Positions 10,832-21,583 are shown, numbered from the stretch's first letter. The stretch: DNA of 64,000 nt from Clostridia bacterium (GCA_045536565.1 JAZSNU010000011.1:32001-96000), one strand, 5' to 3'. Numbers and translations: made by a program. The notes: generated by a model not told the origin, from the sequence alone.

Positions 10832-11221
10832 ATGAAAAAAGGTATTTCATTAATCGTATTAGTAATAACAATAATTGTTATGATAATTATAGCTGGTGCT
10901 ATAATATTATCTCTTAGCGGTTCTAATGTAACTGCAAGAGCAAACCTTGCAACATTATTATCTGATAGAGCAAACTATCAAGCTGCATATGCAACAAAAT
11001 ATGCTGAAAACACAAATGCAGATGGAACTGTAACAGAAGTAACAGCTACTGATATTAAACTTCCATCTGGAGAACAAACATATGGAACTTGGTCTTTAGA
11101 TAATGGAGTAGTTAAATTTACTATAAAAGCAAATGTTGATTTGCAAAAAACTTATGGTTTGACAGCTTCTGATATAGGAGCAACTGGTAAGTACACTTGG
11201 ATAACACAAGCATCTACTTAA
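10832..11221 (+). CDS. Probable major type IV pilin
   Basis: AGGAGG RBS; MKKG|ISLIVLVITIIVMIIIAGAIILSL; about 129 aa; stem-loops on both sides. Confidence 0.85.
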   Translation: MKKGISLIVLVITIIVMIIIAGAIILSLSGSNVTARANLATLLSDRANYQAAYATKYAENTNADGTVTEVTATDIKLPSGEQTYGTWSLDNGVVKFTIKANVDLQKTYGLTASDIGATGKYTWITQAST

Positions 11222-11449
11222 ACAGCAGCTTAATTAAATAAAATAAAAAACAAAACTAATACGAAAGAAAATTGTTATTAAGAGGTATACTTTAAGTATA
11301 TCTCTTTTTACTTTTTTGTGTATTATTTCTTTTATATTACATAGATATATAAAAAATATTACATGTGCATATATTAGTGTAATTTTGCTTTGTTTTGTGG
11401 TAAAATAAAGGCGAATTAAATGGTAAAATGGCACATGTTGGAGGAGTAA

Positions 11450-12241
11450 ATGGATATAGAATTAATCGTAGATATAGTTTACATGGTTTGCTTTTTTGTG
11501 ATAGGAACTTTATTTGGTAGTTTCTTTACACTTGCAACATATAGAATACCTAGAAAACAAGATATAATGGTTAAAAGATCGTATTGTACAAGTTGTAAAC
11601 ATGAACTGGGTTTCTTTGATTTAATACCAGTACTTAGTTATGTGTTTTTAGGTGGAAAATGTAAATATTGCAAAGAGAAAATAAGTATTAGATATCCTCT
11701 TTTTGAAATATTTAATGGATTATTTTTCTTATTAACATATTATTTGTTTGGTATATCTTGGATATTATTTGCAACACTAGGTATATATATTGCTTTATTC
11801 CTTGTAATAGAATGTCATATAATGAAAAAGAAAATGAAGGAGTCTGATGATTCTGTTTCCGGTAAAAAAGGTGTATTTAATGTAGAACTTTTAGTTGCAG
11901 TTTTTGCCTTTCTAATATACTATGTAGCAACTATTTATACTACAAGAAATTATGAAGATACATTAAGACTTACTAATTTAAAGTCTAGTGCAATGAATGT
12001 TGCAATAAATGTTTTAGAAGAAAATAAAGCAAAAGCATATGAAGAAGTGGATAATGTGTATAATGAAGTAGTAAAAGTTGATGGATATACTTTTTACTAC
12101 ACATTAAATGTAAATGAATATGAGGATATATCAGGAGATACTAATCCTGTGGATGTAAAAAAACTTGGAGTAACAGTTTCATATAAATATAATAATAAGG
12201 ATTATACTGTTGATTTTGAAACTTTAATTTATGAGGAGTAG
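11450..12241 (+). CDS. Prepilin peptidase N-terminal (Zn-binding, DiS_P_DiS) domain fused to a minor-pilin-like domain
   Basis: GSFF..YRIP, RSYCTSC, IPVLSY..LGGKCKYC, RYPLFE; then KKG|VFNVELLVAV; no A24 catalytic GxGD motif. Confidence 0.75.
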   Translation: MDIELIVDIVYMVCFFVIGTLFGSFFTLATYRIPRKQDIMVKRSYCTSCKHELGFFDLIPVLSYVFLGGKCKYCKEKISIRYPLFEIFNGLFFLLTYYLFGISWILFATLGIYIALFLVIECHIMKKKMKESDDSVSGKKGVFNVELLVAVFAFLIYYVATIYTTRNYEDTLRLTNLKSSAMNVAINVLEENKAKAYEEVDNVYNEVVKVDGYTFYYTLNVNEYEDISGDTNPVDVKKLGVTVSYKYNNKDYTVDFETLIYEE

Positions 12242-12246
12242 TATAG

Positions 12247-12672
12247 ATGAAGTTAAATAATAAAAAGGGAATTACAGTAACATCAATTGTTGTGTATGTT
12301 ATACTTTTCTTTGCGTTTACAACTACAATTACATCAATATCATCAAGATTTAATAAATCATTATTTGATGATAGAGGAAAAACAATTAATGTTACAGCAA
12401 TAAATAAATTAGAATATAATTTGCTAGATAGTGCTAAAAATAGTTATGATTTAGAATATTCAGTAAATGGACAAAATATAACTTTGGAATTTTCAAATTC
12501 AGATGTATATGTTTTTAATTTAACAGATAATGTAGTGTATAAAAATGGTGGAAAATTAGTTAAACATTTAAAATCAGCTGAAATAACATATCAAGATAAT
12601 TTAATTGATATTGATTTAACACTAAATAAATATACAAATGAGGTTACAAGAAATATTAAAATATCAATTTAA
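12247..12672 (+). CDS. Minor type IV pilin
   Basis: NKKG|ITVTSIVVYVILFFAF class III-like signal. Confidence 0.75.
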   Translation: MKLNNKKGITVTSIVVYVILFFAFTTTITSISSRFNKSLFDDRGKTINVTAINKLEYNLLDSAKNSYDLEYSVNGQNITLEFSNSDVYVFNLTDNVVYKNGGKLVKHLKSAEITYQDNLIDIDLTLNKYTNEVTRNIKISI

Positions 12673-12695
12673 TTTATATAAAGGTAGGAAAAAAC

Positions 12696-12899
12696 ATGAA
12701 AAAAAGATTTAGTAATTTAAAAGGTTCAGGAACACTTATTGTTATAATATCAGCAATTGTGTTTATGACATATGCTACATCTACATTTTCTGATGTAAGA
12801 CATATGAAGTATATGCAGGAAGAATATGAGAATAATATTAGAGAGTTATATGAAGAAGAACTAGAAATATTATCATCTGATAATTATGTTTTAAAATAG
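12696..12899 (+). CDS. Small minor pilin-like protein
   Basis: LKG|SGTLIVIISAIVF; operon context. Confidence 0.6.
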   Translation: MKKRFSNLKGSGTLIVIISAIVFMTYATSTFSDVRHMKYMQEEYENNIRELYEEELEILSSDNYVLK

Positions 12900-12923
12900 G
12901 TTATAACTTATGGAGGTAAATAT

Positions 12924-14561
12924 ATGTTTGAAAATATAAAAGGAAGAAGAAACCCACTAGGAACAGAACTTATTAACAAAGGATTAATTACTGAAAAACA
13001 ATTGGACGAGGTTTTAAATTATCAAAAGGAACATCCGGAGTTTAAGATTGGAGAAGTAGTAGATATACTAAATATGTGTGATAAGAAGAGACTACTTGCC
13101 GTTGTTGCGGAACAACTTAAACAAAAAAGTGTAAATTTAGATGATGGAATTTCTATTGACTATTCTGAATTTTTACCAAGAGATGTTGTTATAAATAACA
13201 AAGCAATTCCATTTGCGATAGATGGAACAACTGTAAGAGTTGCATTCTCTGATCCACTTGATGAAAAGTCAGTTAACGAAGTAAAACTTCTTTTAGTAAA
13301 CAAAGGGTTCCAAATGGAGAAATATTATACTTTGTATTCAATGATTATGGAGCAAATTCAAGATGTGAAAAATGTTCAGAATAATTATGTTGATACTAAG
13401 GAAAAAGACACAACAGTACTTGTTGATAATATTATCCTTACAGCAATGAAGCAAAGAGCAAGTGATATTCATATTGAACCAACAGAAAAAAAAGTAAGAA
13501 TACGTTACAGAATAGATGGAGAAATGGTAGAAGTATCTGAACTTCCAAAATCAAGACAAGGTGTTATAACAGGTAGAATTAAATCTATTTCTAATATGCA
13601 CCAAGAAATAACAACCGATCAAGATGGTAGAATAAATTCATATGATAATTACAGTATTCGTGTATCTACGCAAAAAAATGTTAATGGAGAAAAATTTGTT
13701 CTAAGATTACTAAAAAAGAATTCTGATGTAAGAACTTTAAAAGAATTAGGTTTTCCACATAATGATGAAATGGTTAAGGAAGCATTTGATAAGAAAAATG
13801 GAATTATACTATTATGTGCACCAACAGGTGAAGGTAAAACAACAACTTTATATAGTATACTTGATTATTTAAACAGTCCTAATATAAATGTTGTAACAAT
13901 TGAAGACCCGGTAGAAATAAGAATGCCTGGTATAAATCAAGTTGAAATAGGACATGATACTTCTTTTGCAGGAGCGCTTAGAACTGTTTTAAGACAAGAT
14001 CCAAATATTATTCTTGTAGGTGAGATAAGAGATAGAGAAACAGCTCAAACTGCAATAGAATCAGGACAAACAGGTCACCTTGTTTTAAGTACAATACATA
14101 CAGTAAATGCTATTGAGGCTATAACAAGAATAAGAAAAATGGGTATTTCAGATTATGATGTATCATCTACATTTGTAACTGTAATTTCTCAAAGACTTAT
14201 AAGAAGACTATGCACAAAATGTAAAAAGCCACATGTAATTACAGAAGATGAGAAGAAATACATCGAGAGAGTAGAAAAGATAACAGGATATAAATTTGAT
14301 TTAGATAAAGCAAAAATGTATGAGCCAGTTGGCTGCGATGAGTGTTCAGGACTTGGATATTTTGAAAGAATAGGAGCGTTTGAAGTTCTATATATTGATG
14401 ATTATCTAAAAGAAATGATTTCTTCTGGAAAATCATCTATTGATATAAAGAAATATGCAATTGAGGAAACATCATATAAACCACTTATTGTGGATGCTGT
14501 AAATAAATGTTTAGACGGAATAACAACAATAGAGGAAATACAAAAGAAAATGAGTATATAA
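12924..14561 (+). CDS. pilB: Type IV pilus extension ATPase
   Basis: ASDIHIEP, PTGEGKTTTLY, TIEDPVE, LRQDPNIILVGEIRD, Zn Cys pairs. Confidence 0.93.
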   Translation: MFENIKGRRNPLGTELINKGLITEKQLDEVLNYQKEHPEFKIGEVVDILNMCDKKRLLAVVAEQLKQKSVNLDDGISIDYSEFLPRDVVINNKAIPFAIDGTTVRVAFSDPLDEKSVNEVKLLLVNKGFQMEKYYTLYSMIMEQIQDVKNVQNNYVDTKEKDTTVLVDNIILTAMKQRASDIHIEPTEKKVRIRYRIDGEMVEVSELPKSRQGVITGRIKSISNMHQEITTDQDGRINSYDNYSIRVSTQKNVNGEKFVLRLLKKNSDVRTLKELGFPHNDEMVKEAFDKKNGIILLCAPTGEGKTTTLYSILDYLNSPNINVVTIEDPVEIRMPGINQVEIGHDTSFAGALRTVLRQDPNIILVGEIRDRETAQTAIESGQTGHLVLSTIHTVNAIEAITRIRKMGISDYDVSSTFVTVISQRLIRRLCTKCKKPHVITEDEKKYIERVEKITGYKFDLDKAKMYEPVGCDECSGLGYFERIGAFEVLYIDDYLKEMISSGKSSIDIKKYAIEETSYKPLIVDAVNKCLDGITTIEEIQKKMSI

Positions 14562-14574
14562 TAAAAGGGGTATT

Positions 14575-15660
14575 ATGGATAAGTTTTTAAAAATTTTGGA
14601 TATAGCAATTGAGTTACAATCATCTGATATTCATTTAATGAATGGTAAATCACCTGTTTATAGAGTGGATAAACAACTTATTATAAAAGAGGAAATAGAG
14701 CCACTTAACAGATATGATTTAGAAAGTTTAATGGAATATCTTGTAGATGATAGTCTAGAACTAGTTGAAATATTTGAAACTAGTAAAAGATTAGATATTT
14801 CATATGAGCATAATGGAAAAAGATTTAGGGTAAATGCTAGTATGGCATCAGGTATTCCTGTGTTTTCAATAAGACTGATTAGAAACGATGATATAGATAT
14901 AAGGGGTCTTAAATTAGAAGAAATGGTAAAAACTATAAAGAGTTTTAATACAGGTTTGGTGTTAATAACAGGTAAAGTAAATTCCGGTAAAACTACAACT
15001 TTAAACGCATATGTTCAGAGTATGAATAGAACCCAGAATAAAAAGATTGTAATGCTTGAAGAACCGATCGAATATACGCATAAATCTAATAAATGTATGA
15101 TAGTACAAAAAGAGGTCGGAAAAGCAGGAGATATCCCATCGTATTATGATGGAGTAATAAATTTGCTAAGGGAAGATTCTGATGTGGCAATTATTGGAGA
15201 GATTAGAGATAGACAAACTATGGATGCTGTTTTAGATTTAGCAGAATCAGGTACGCTGGTTATAGGAACACTTCATACTAGGTCTGCTGGTGAAACATTA
15301 GATAGAATACTTGGAATGTATGCTCCTAGCGAACAGAAGTCTATAAAATATATATTATCTACTGTAATTAAAGCAATTGTTTCGCAGAAATTGGTAAAAG
15401 ATAAAGAGCAGCACTTAATAATGGTTCCAGAAATAATGATTAATAATCCAGTTATTGCGGCTTTAATTAGGCAAGATAATTTTAGTATTTCTGAAATACA
15501 AGACGCTATAAATATAAAAAATGACAAAGGAACAATAAGTTTTGAAAGATCATTTGCTAAACTATATAAAGAGGGTATAATAACTCTTGACAGTATAAAA
15601 GACAATGTGGAAGACAATCAATATGAATATATAATGAAATTAATAGGAGGCGATAGTTAG
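14575..15660 (+). CDS. pilT: Type IV pilus retraction ATPase
   Basis: SSDIHL, GKVNSGKTTT, EEPIEY, LREDSD..IGEIRD, GTLHT. Confidence 0.88.
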   Translation: MDKFLKILDIAIELQSSDIHLMNGKSPVYRVDKQLIIKEEIEPLNRYDLESLMEYLVDDSLELVEIFETSKRLDISYEHNGKRFRVNASMASGIPVFSIRLIRNDDIDIRGLKLEEMVKTIKSFNTGLVLITGKVNSGKTTTLNAYVQSMNRTQNKKIVMLEEPIEYTHKSNKCMIVQKEVGKAGDIPSYYDGVINLLREDSDVAIIGEIRDRQTMDAVLDLAESGTLVIGTLHTRSAGETLDRILGMYAPSEQKSIKYILSTVIKAIVSQKLVKDKEQHLIMVPEIMINNPVIAALIRQDNFSISEIQDAINIKNDKGTISFERSFAKLYKEGIITLDSIKDNVEDNQYEYIMKLIGGDS

Positions 15661-17021
15661 TGCCTGAATTTAAATATAGAGCAGTTTTAAGAAATGGTAA
15701 AATAATGAGGGGAATTATATCTGCTAAAAATAAATCAGATGTAATACAAATGCTAAAAAACACAAAAATGACGCCAATATCTATTATTGCTAAAAGAATT
15801 AGAAGACCAGCAGTTCAGAAAAAGAAAATAGACTTTGAAAAACTCGGTAAGGTTGCTGATAAAAATGTTCAAAAAAGTAAAAGAACTTTGTTCCCAAATC
15901 TAAAAACTGCAACTGATGGTAAATCAAAACTTGCAGCAATACTTACAGCAGATGTAAGTTTATCTAAAAAAGTAAAACCAAAAGATGTATTAATATTTAC
16001 TAATAGTTTATATATACTTAAAAAAGCAAAATTTAACAACATAACAGCATTGGAATCGGTATATAATAGTACAGAAAATAAAAAATTAAGAGACATTGTT
16101 GAAGAAATAATGATTGGTGTTGAATCCGGTGAAAAAATACATAGTGTTATGAATAAATATCCTAATGTATTCCCACCACTTTATACTAACTTCGTAAGAG
16201 TTGGTGAAGAGTCTGGTTCACTTGATTCTGCACTTGAATATGGTAGAGATTACATGGAAAGTAGTATGAAACTTAGGAAAACAATAAGAGGAATACTTTT
16301 ACCTAAAATACTATTTTTCGTATTAGTATGTGTGTTAATGATTGTAGCATTATTATTTGGTTCTCCTATGATTGAAAATGTGTATGATATGTTTGGCGTA
16401 GATAAAGAGCTTCCAGCAGCAACCCAAGTAGCGATAAAAATTTCAAATTGGATATTGAAATATTGGTATATTGTGCTTAGTATTGTTGCAGGTTTATGGG
16501 CACTCTTTAAAGTATATGTCGCAACACCTATTGGAAGATATAATGTTGATAAATTGAAAATTAAATTCCCTGTTTTTGGTAAGCTATATTTAAATATATT
16601 AACTAATAAATTTTTCCAAGCAATGATGCTTAACTTAAAAAATGGAATGAGGATTCAAGATTGTTTAGAGACCTCAAAAAGTGTTACTAACAACTATTAT
16701 TTCCTAGCCCTTATAGAAACAGGTAAAAACAATCTATTATCTGGTGGTTCTTGGGTAGAACCTTTTGAAATCGAAAAAGCATTTACACCAATGATGCTTG
16801 AAATGATTCAAATAGGAATGCAAACAGATCTTGTAGAAATGATGGAAAAAATAGAAGAATATGTAAGACAAGAAATAGATGAATCTATTGCAGCAACTAT
16901 AAAAGCATTACCAGAAATAATGTATGTATTTATAGGTATAGTATTGATATTCTTCGTAATAACAGTAATGGTACCGCTTATAGATGTATACATGGGTGGA
17001 TTCTTGTTTGAAACAGTATAA
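15660..17021 (+). CDS. pilC: Type IV pilus platform protein (T2SS F family)
   Basis: FKYRA N-terminus, FPPLY..VGEESGSL, three TM segments. Confidence 0.9.
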   Translation: MPEFKYRAVLRNGKIMRGIISAKNKSDVIQMLKNTKMTPISIIAKRIRRPAVQKKKIDFEKLGKVADKNVQKSKRTLFPNLKTATDGKSKLAAILTADVSLSKKVKPKDVLIFTNSLYILKKAKFNNITALESVYNSTENKKLRDIVEEIMIGVESGEKIHSVMNKYPNVFPPLYTNFVRVGEESGSLDSALEYGRDYMESSMKLRKTIRGILLPKILFFVLVCVLMIVALLFGSPMIENVYDMFGVDKELPAATQVAIKISNWILKYWYIVLSIVAGLWALFKVYVATPIGRYNVDKLKIKFPVFGKLYLNILTNKFFQAMMLNLKNGMRIQDCLETSKSVTNNYYFLALIETGKNNLLSGGSWVEPFEIEKAFTPMMLEMIQIGMQTDLVEMMEKIEEYVRQEIDESIAATIKALPEIMYVFIGIVLIFFVITVMVPLIDVYMGGFLFETV

Positions 17022-17103
17022 TAAAACATATTAGAATATATTGAATATATAAATTCAATTTAACTATATAAGTTGAAAAACATATATAAAATGTGGTATA
17101 ATA

Positions 17104-17139
17104 CACCCAGTACAAATATAATGTACTGGGTGCCTTTTT
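17104..17139 (+). terminator. Terminator of the pilus operon
   Basis: CACCCAGTACA-AATATAA-TGTACTGGGTG perfect stem, then CCTTTTTT. Confidence 0.7.
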
Positions 17140-17172
17140 ATTATAAATATTAGGAGATTGTGAGGTAAATAT

Positions 17173-18081
17173 ATGTTAAACATATCAAATATAGTAGATG
17201 TAATAGATGAAGATAAAGTAATATTTAATGAACCTATGAAAAAACATACTACTATTAAAGTGGGTGGAAATGCTGATGTAATGGTTATGCCATCTACTAA
17301 TGAAGATATAATTAATGTATTAAAATTTGCAAAAGAAAATAATATACCAATTACTATAATAGGAAATGGAAGTAAGTTGTTAGTTACTGATAAAGGAATC
17401 CGAGGAATAGTAATAAAAATAAGCAGTAAATTCAGTAATTATACAATAGATGGCGAGTATGTAACTGCTTGTGCTGGAATGTCAATGCCTAAACTTTCAA
17501 GAATCGTTATGAAAGAAGGTCTTTCAGGTTTAGAGTTTGCATGTGGAATACCAGGTGTATTAGGTGGCGGAATTAGAATGAATGCAGGTGCATATGGCTC
17601 TGAAATATCATCTGTATTAGTTAGGACAACATATATTGATGATGAGCTAAATATAAAAACATTAGAACATGATGAGCACAATTTCTCATATAGATATAGT
17701 TATTTTAAGGATCATCCATCTTTCGTTATAATATCAGCAGAGTTTAAACTTGAAAGAAAAGATATTTCTAAAATAAAGGAAAAAATGGATGAAAATTCAA
17801 AATCTAGAAAAGAAAAACAACCACTTGAATATCCTAATGCGGGAAGTACTTTTAAAAGACCAGATGGGTTTTATGTAGGAACAATGCTTGAAGAATTAGG
17901 ACTTAAAGGGTATAGAGTTGGGGATGCAGAAATATCTACTAAACATGCTGGATTTATAGTAAATAGAGGAAATGCAACAGCAGCAGATGTAATGGCAGTT
18001 ATAGAATATTCGAAAAATAAGGTTTATGAAAAATATGGTGTAAAATTAGAAAATGAGATAGAAATAATTGGTGAAATGTAA
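17173..18081 (+). CDS. murB: UDP-N-acetylenolpyruvoylglucosamine reductase
   Basis: HTTIKVGG, GNGSKLL, GIPG..GG.IRMNAGAYG, AGSTFKRP, KHAGFIVN. Confidence 0.96.
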   Translation: MLNISNIVDVIDEDKVIFNEPMKKHTTIKVGGNADVMVMPSTNEDIINVLKFAKENNIPITIIGNGSKLLVTDKGIRGIVIKISSKFSNYTIDGEYVTACAGMSMPKLSRIVMKEGLSGLEFACGIPGVLGGGIRMNAGAYGSEISSVLVRTTYIDDELNIKTLEHDEHNFSYRYSYFKDHPSFVIISAEFKLERKDISKIKEKMDENSKSRKEKQPLEYPNAGSTFKRPDGFYVGTMLEELGLKGYRVGDAEISTKHAGFIVNRGNATAADVMAVIEYSKNKVYEKYGVKLENEIEIIGEM

Positions 18082-18121
18082 AATAACGAAAGTAATTTAT
18101 ATAAGGAAAAGAGGATAAAAA

Positions 18122-19702
18122 ATGCGAGTATTATTAGAATGGCTTAGACCAGGAGTAAAAGTTAAAAGATATATATTGTTACAACTTGTATCAATATCAA
18201 GTTTAGTATATGCAATTTCAACACTTATAGCAAGAGAAAATATGGCTTTTAGAACACTTATTGCATATATTGCATTAATTACAATAGCGTTGTTTTTAAC
18301 AATCTATTCATTCATATTAGCACAAAGAAGTGTGCTTATGGCAACACTTAAAGGTCTAGCATATAAAGGAAAAAATGTAGATATTAGAAGATTGTTATAC
18401 ACAGAAAATGTACTAAAAAAAGGACCGAAGGTAGTAATTATTGGTGGTGGAAAAGGTTTATCTAATATATTAAGTGGATTAAAAGAATATACATCTAATA
18501 TAACATCAATTGTATCAACATTTGATGATGGTGGAAGTACAGGAAGATTAATGGAGCAAATGGACATATTACCACCAGGGGATATTAGAAAATCTGTAAT
18601 AGCATTATCAGAAGCAGGGCCTACTATGGAAAGTTTACTTACATATAGATTCCAAGGCGGAACAGTTGATAATCATTCACTAGGTAATCTATTTATAGCG
18701 GCACTTACTGAAATAACTGGAAGTTTCCCAGGTGCAATTCAAAAAATGTCAGATATATTCAATGTAAGAGGGAAAATATTACCTGTTACTATTGGTAAAG
18801 CCAAATTATGTGCTGGTTTAGAAAATGGTGAAATAGTTGTTGGTGAAAATAATATTCGTCCAAGAGTGTTAGAATCAAAAAGTAAAATCAAACAAATATT
18901 TTTAAAAGATGGAGAGGTTACACCAGCAGATGGGGTAATAGAGAGTATAAGAAATGCAGATGTAATTGTAATTGGACCAGGTAGTCTGTATACTAGTGTT
19001 GCATGTAATTTCTTAGTTAGAGATTTAGGTAAAGCAGTTATTCAATCAAGAGCTAAAAAAATATTTATATCTAATCTTATGAATGAACCAGGAGAAACAC
19101 TTGGTTATACACTTGCTAAGCATGTTAATGAAATAGAAAGATACATTGGTAAACATGTAATAGATTATTGTATTTGTAACAATGGAGAAGTTACAAAAGA
19201 AATGATAAAAGACTTTAACCAAGGCGAATCAACACCAGTTACAATGGATTTAGATAATATTAAAAATAGAGCAATATCTATAATTCAAGAGGATTTAGTG
19301 GTTACTGCTCCAAATAGTATATTACATGATAATCACAGAGTATCTGAAATTATAATTGAAATAGCAAAGAGAAAAAAAGGTGGAAAATTAAATCTACTAA
19401 AAATAAAGAAAAAACACAAAGTAGTCGCTAAAAAGTTAAATAATAAAGCGGGTACAAGTAAATCAAAGAAAATAGAGGATATAAACATATCTGAAATAAC
19501 AGCAAAAAAACATAAAGAGGCTATTAAAAAAGCAGAAACAAAAGTTGCTGCAAAAAGCAAAGTGAATGCACAAGTAAATAAAAAAACAGTTGCAACTAAG
19601 AATATTGATACAAAAAATACTGCTGATATAAAAGATATAAAAGATGAAGTTAAAAAGATAACTTCAAAGAAAACAGCAGTAAAAACTGAAACAAATAAAT
19701 AA
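18122..19702 (+). CDS. yvcK: YvcK/GlmR (CofD-like) protein with N-terminal TM helices and a Lys-rich tail
   Basis: WLRPG, IGGGKGLS, DDGGSTG, PPGDIR, HSLGNL, GPGSLYTS. Confidence 0.88.
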   Translation: MRVLLEWLRPGVKVKRYILLQLVSISSLVYAISTLIARENMAFRTLIAYIALITIALFLTIYSFILAQRSVLMATLKGLAYKGKNVDIRRLLYTENVLKKGPKVVIIGGGKGLSNILSGLKEYTSNITSIVSTFDDGGSTGRLMEQMDILPPGDIRKSVIALSEAGPTMESLLTYRFQGGTVDNHSLGNLFIAALTEITGSFPGAIQKMSDIFNVRGKILPVTIGKAKLCAGLENGEIVVGENNIRPRVLESKSKIKQIFLKDGEVTPADGVIESIRNADVIVIGPGSLYTSVACNFLVRDLGKAVIQSRAKKIFISNLMNEPGETLGYTLAKHVNEIERYIGKHVIDYCICNNGEVTKEMIKDFNQGESTPVTMDLDNIKNRAISIIQEDLVVTAPNSILHDNHRVSEIIIEIAKRKKGGKLNLLKIKKKHKVVAKKLNNKAGTSKSKKIEDINISEITAKKHKEAIKKAETKVAAKSKVNAQVNKKTVATKNIDTKNTADIKDIKDEVKKITSKKTAVKTETNK

Positions 19703-19736
19703 TTAATATTTAACATATGAAGAGGTAAGCAATAAT

Positions 19737-21566
19737 ATGAGTATATACAAAAAAGGTATTAATACACTAGATTCAGTAAGGAATTTAGAATATGTAATGT
19801 CTAATAATTCTGGTATATACATGAGTCAAGCCGTGATAGGTGAAAATGTGGCACCTTACCACGGCTTATTCATAAAACAGAATGAAAAACAAGATGAAAT
19901 ATATTTATCAAAATTAATAGAGCAAATAAAAATAGGTACTAAACTATACACGATTTCAGATTTGTGTACAAATGAAGAAAATTATGGTGGTGTAGAGTAT
20001 TTAGAAAGTTTCGATAGGTACCCAGTACCAAGTTTTAAATATAATATAAATAGTGAGGTGTGTTTTGAAAAGACATATACCATGTCACCAGATAATGTAC
20101 TTTGCATAAATTATGACATAGAAAATATGGGTACAGAAAAGGTAAATATTAAGGTTTTACCACTTGCAAATAAAAGAAATATATTTAATCCTAAAAGAGA
20201 GAGCATGTTAAAATTAAATGCAGATAAAGTAGAAGATGGATGTAAGGTGACTTTAAGTATATTAGAAAAAAAATATCTGTATTTGAAAAGTTTAGAATCT
20301 AATTTTGTATTAAAGCCACACTATATAAATGGTATAAATTATACATATAGTCTATCTAAGGATGATACAAAAACATATTTGGAGGATGTATATGTTCCTG
20401 GGTATTTTGAGTTTAATATAAAACCAAAATCAAAATTTAATGTTAGTATATTTGTGTCTTTAAATGATATTGATATACTAAAAAAAGAATATAACCAAAG
20501 AATAATGTACAATAATCAAATAGAAAAAAATAAAATGATGACTATTGGAATAGATGAAAATTTTTATGAATTAAAGCATCTTGCGCTTTCAGCAGGTGAG
20601 TTAAATTATATAGACAACGAGCAGAAAAAATTTGTGCTTTTAAATAGCATGCCAAATGTGTATAAAAACTCTGAGCATCTAAAACAAACTATAAAATCCA
20701 TTCACGGTAACTATATCTTGTTAAACAGAAATAAAGAAGCATATAGGATATTAGATAGTATAAAATATAGGATAGAAAAGGAAAAAGAAGAATATACAAA
20801 AAAAGATTATTACGAGATACTTTTCATGTACATTGAAGCGTTAGCAAAATATTTTAATTTAGAGGTAGCATCGGCAAAAGAAAAAATTGATATTTACATG
20901 TATGTTAGAGAAAAGATAACAGAAATTTTAAATAATGATAAAGATTTTAACATATTAGATGAAAGCTATATAGTAACAATAGATGATAAAAAATATCTAG
21001 CAGTTAATATCTATTGGTATAACGCACTTAAAATATATTTAAATATATCAGAGCCAAATGATGAATATGCATCCAAAGTATATGAAATAACAGAAAAGCT
21101 TAAAGATAATTTAATAGATGTTTTTTATGATGATGAAAATAGAGTGCTAAAATATGAGGCATCAGAAGATGCATATGCAAGTTCAGATATGCTACTTGCA
21201 ATGGATTTAAGTAATCCTTTAATACATGATAAAATAGCAATGAAGGTTATAGATACTGCATTTAAAGAATTATACACACCGTATGGAATTAGAAATTTCT
21301 CAATAAAATCAGATAAGTATGATGGTTATGTTTATCCATATCTCATGGCATCATTTGTAAATGGTAATTTAAGATTAAATGGTGTAACAAGGGCAAGTCA
21401 AAAAATAGCATATAATTTGGTAAAAGAATTACTTATGGAAATAAACAAAAAGACAGTAGGTACAATTAAATATAGATATGATGAGAAAAGTAAAAAAGCA
21501 TATGGAATGCCAATAAATTCACTAACAAATTCTGAGATAATTAGGTTATATAATATGCTTATATAA
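19737..21566 (+). CDS. Glycogen debranching enzyme-like protein (archaeal-type GDE_N/GDE_C), degenerate
   Basis: EYVMSNNSG..YHGL, EDVYVPGYF, ELYTPYGIR, GYVYPYL; no recognisable GYPWF/WGRD segment. Confidence 0.65.
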   Translation: MSIYKKGINTLDSVRNLEYVMSNNSGIYMSQAVIGENVAPYHGLFIKQNEKQDEIYLSKLIEQIKIGTKLYTISDLCTNEENYGGVEYLESFDRYPVPSFKYNINSEVCFEKTYTMSPDNVLCINYDIENMGTEKVNIKVLPLANKRNIFNPKRESMLKLNADKVEDGCKVTLSILEKKYLYLKSLESNFVLKPHYINGINYTYSLSKDDTKTYLEDVYVPGYFEFNIKPKSKFNVSIFVSLNDIDILKKEYNQRIMYNNQIEKNKMMTIGIDENFYELKHLALSAGELNYIDNEQKKFVLLNSMPNVYKNSEHLKQTIKSIHGNYILLNRNKEAYRILDSIKYRIEKEKEEYTKKDYYEILFMYIEALAKYFNLEVASAKEKIDIYMYVREKITEILNNDKDFNILDESYIVTIDDKKYLAVNIYWYNALKIYLNISEPNDEYASKVYEITEKLKDNLIDVFYDDENRVLKYEASEDAYASSDMLLAMDLSNPLIHDKIAMKVIDTAFKELYTPYGIRNFSIKSDKYDGYVYPYLMASFVNGNLRLNGVTRASQKIAYNLVKELLMEINKKTVGTIKYRYDEKSKKAYGMPINSLTNSEIIRLYNMLI

Positions 21567-21583
21567 AGAAAAGAGGAAAAAGT

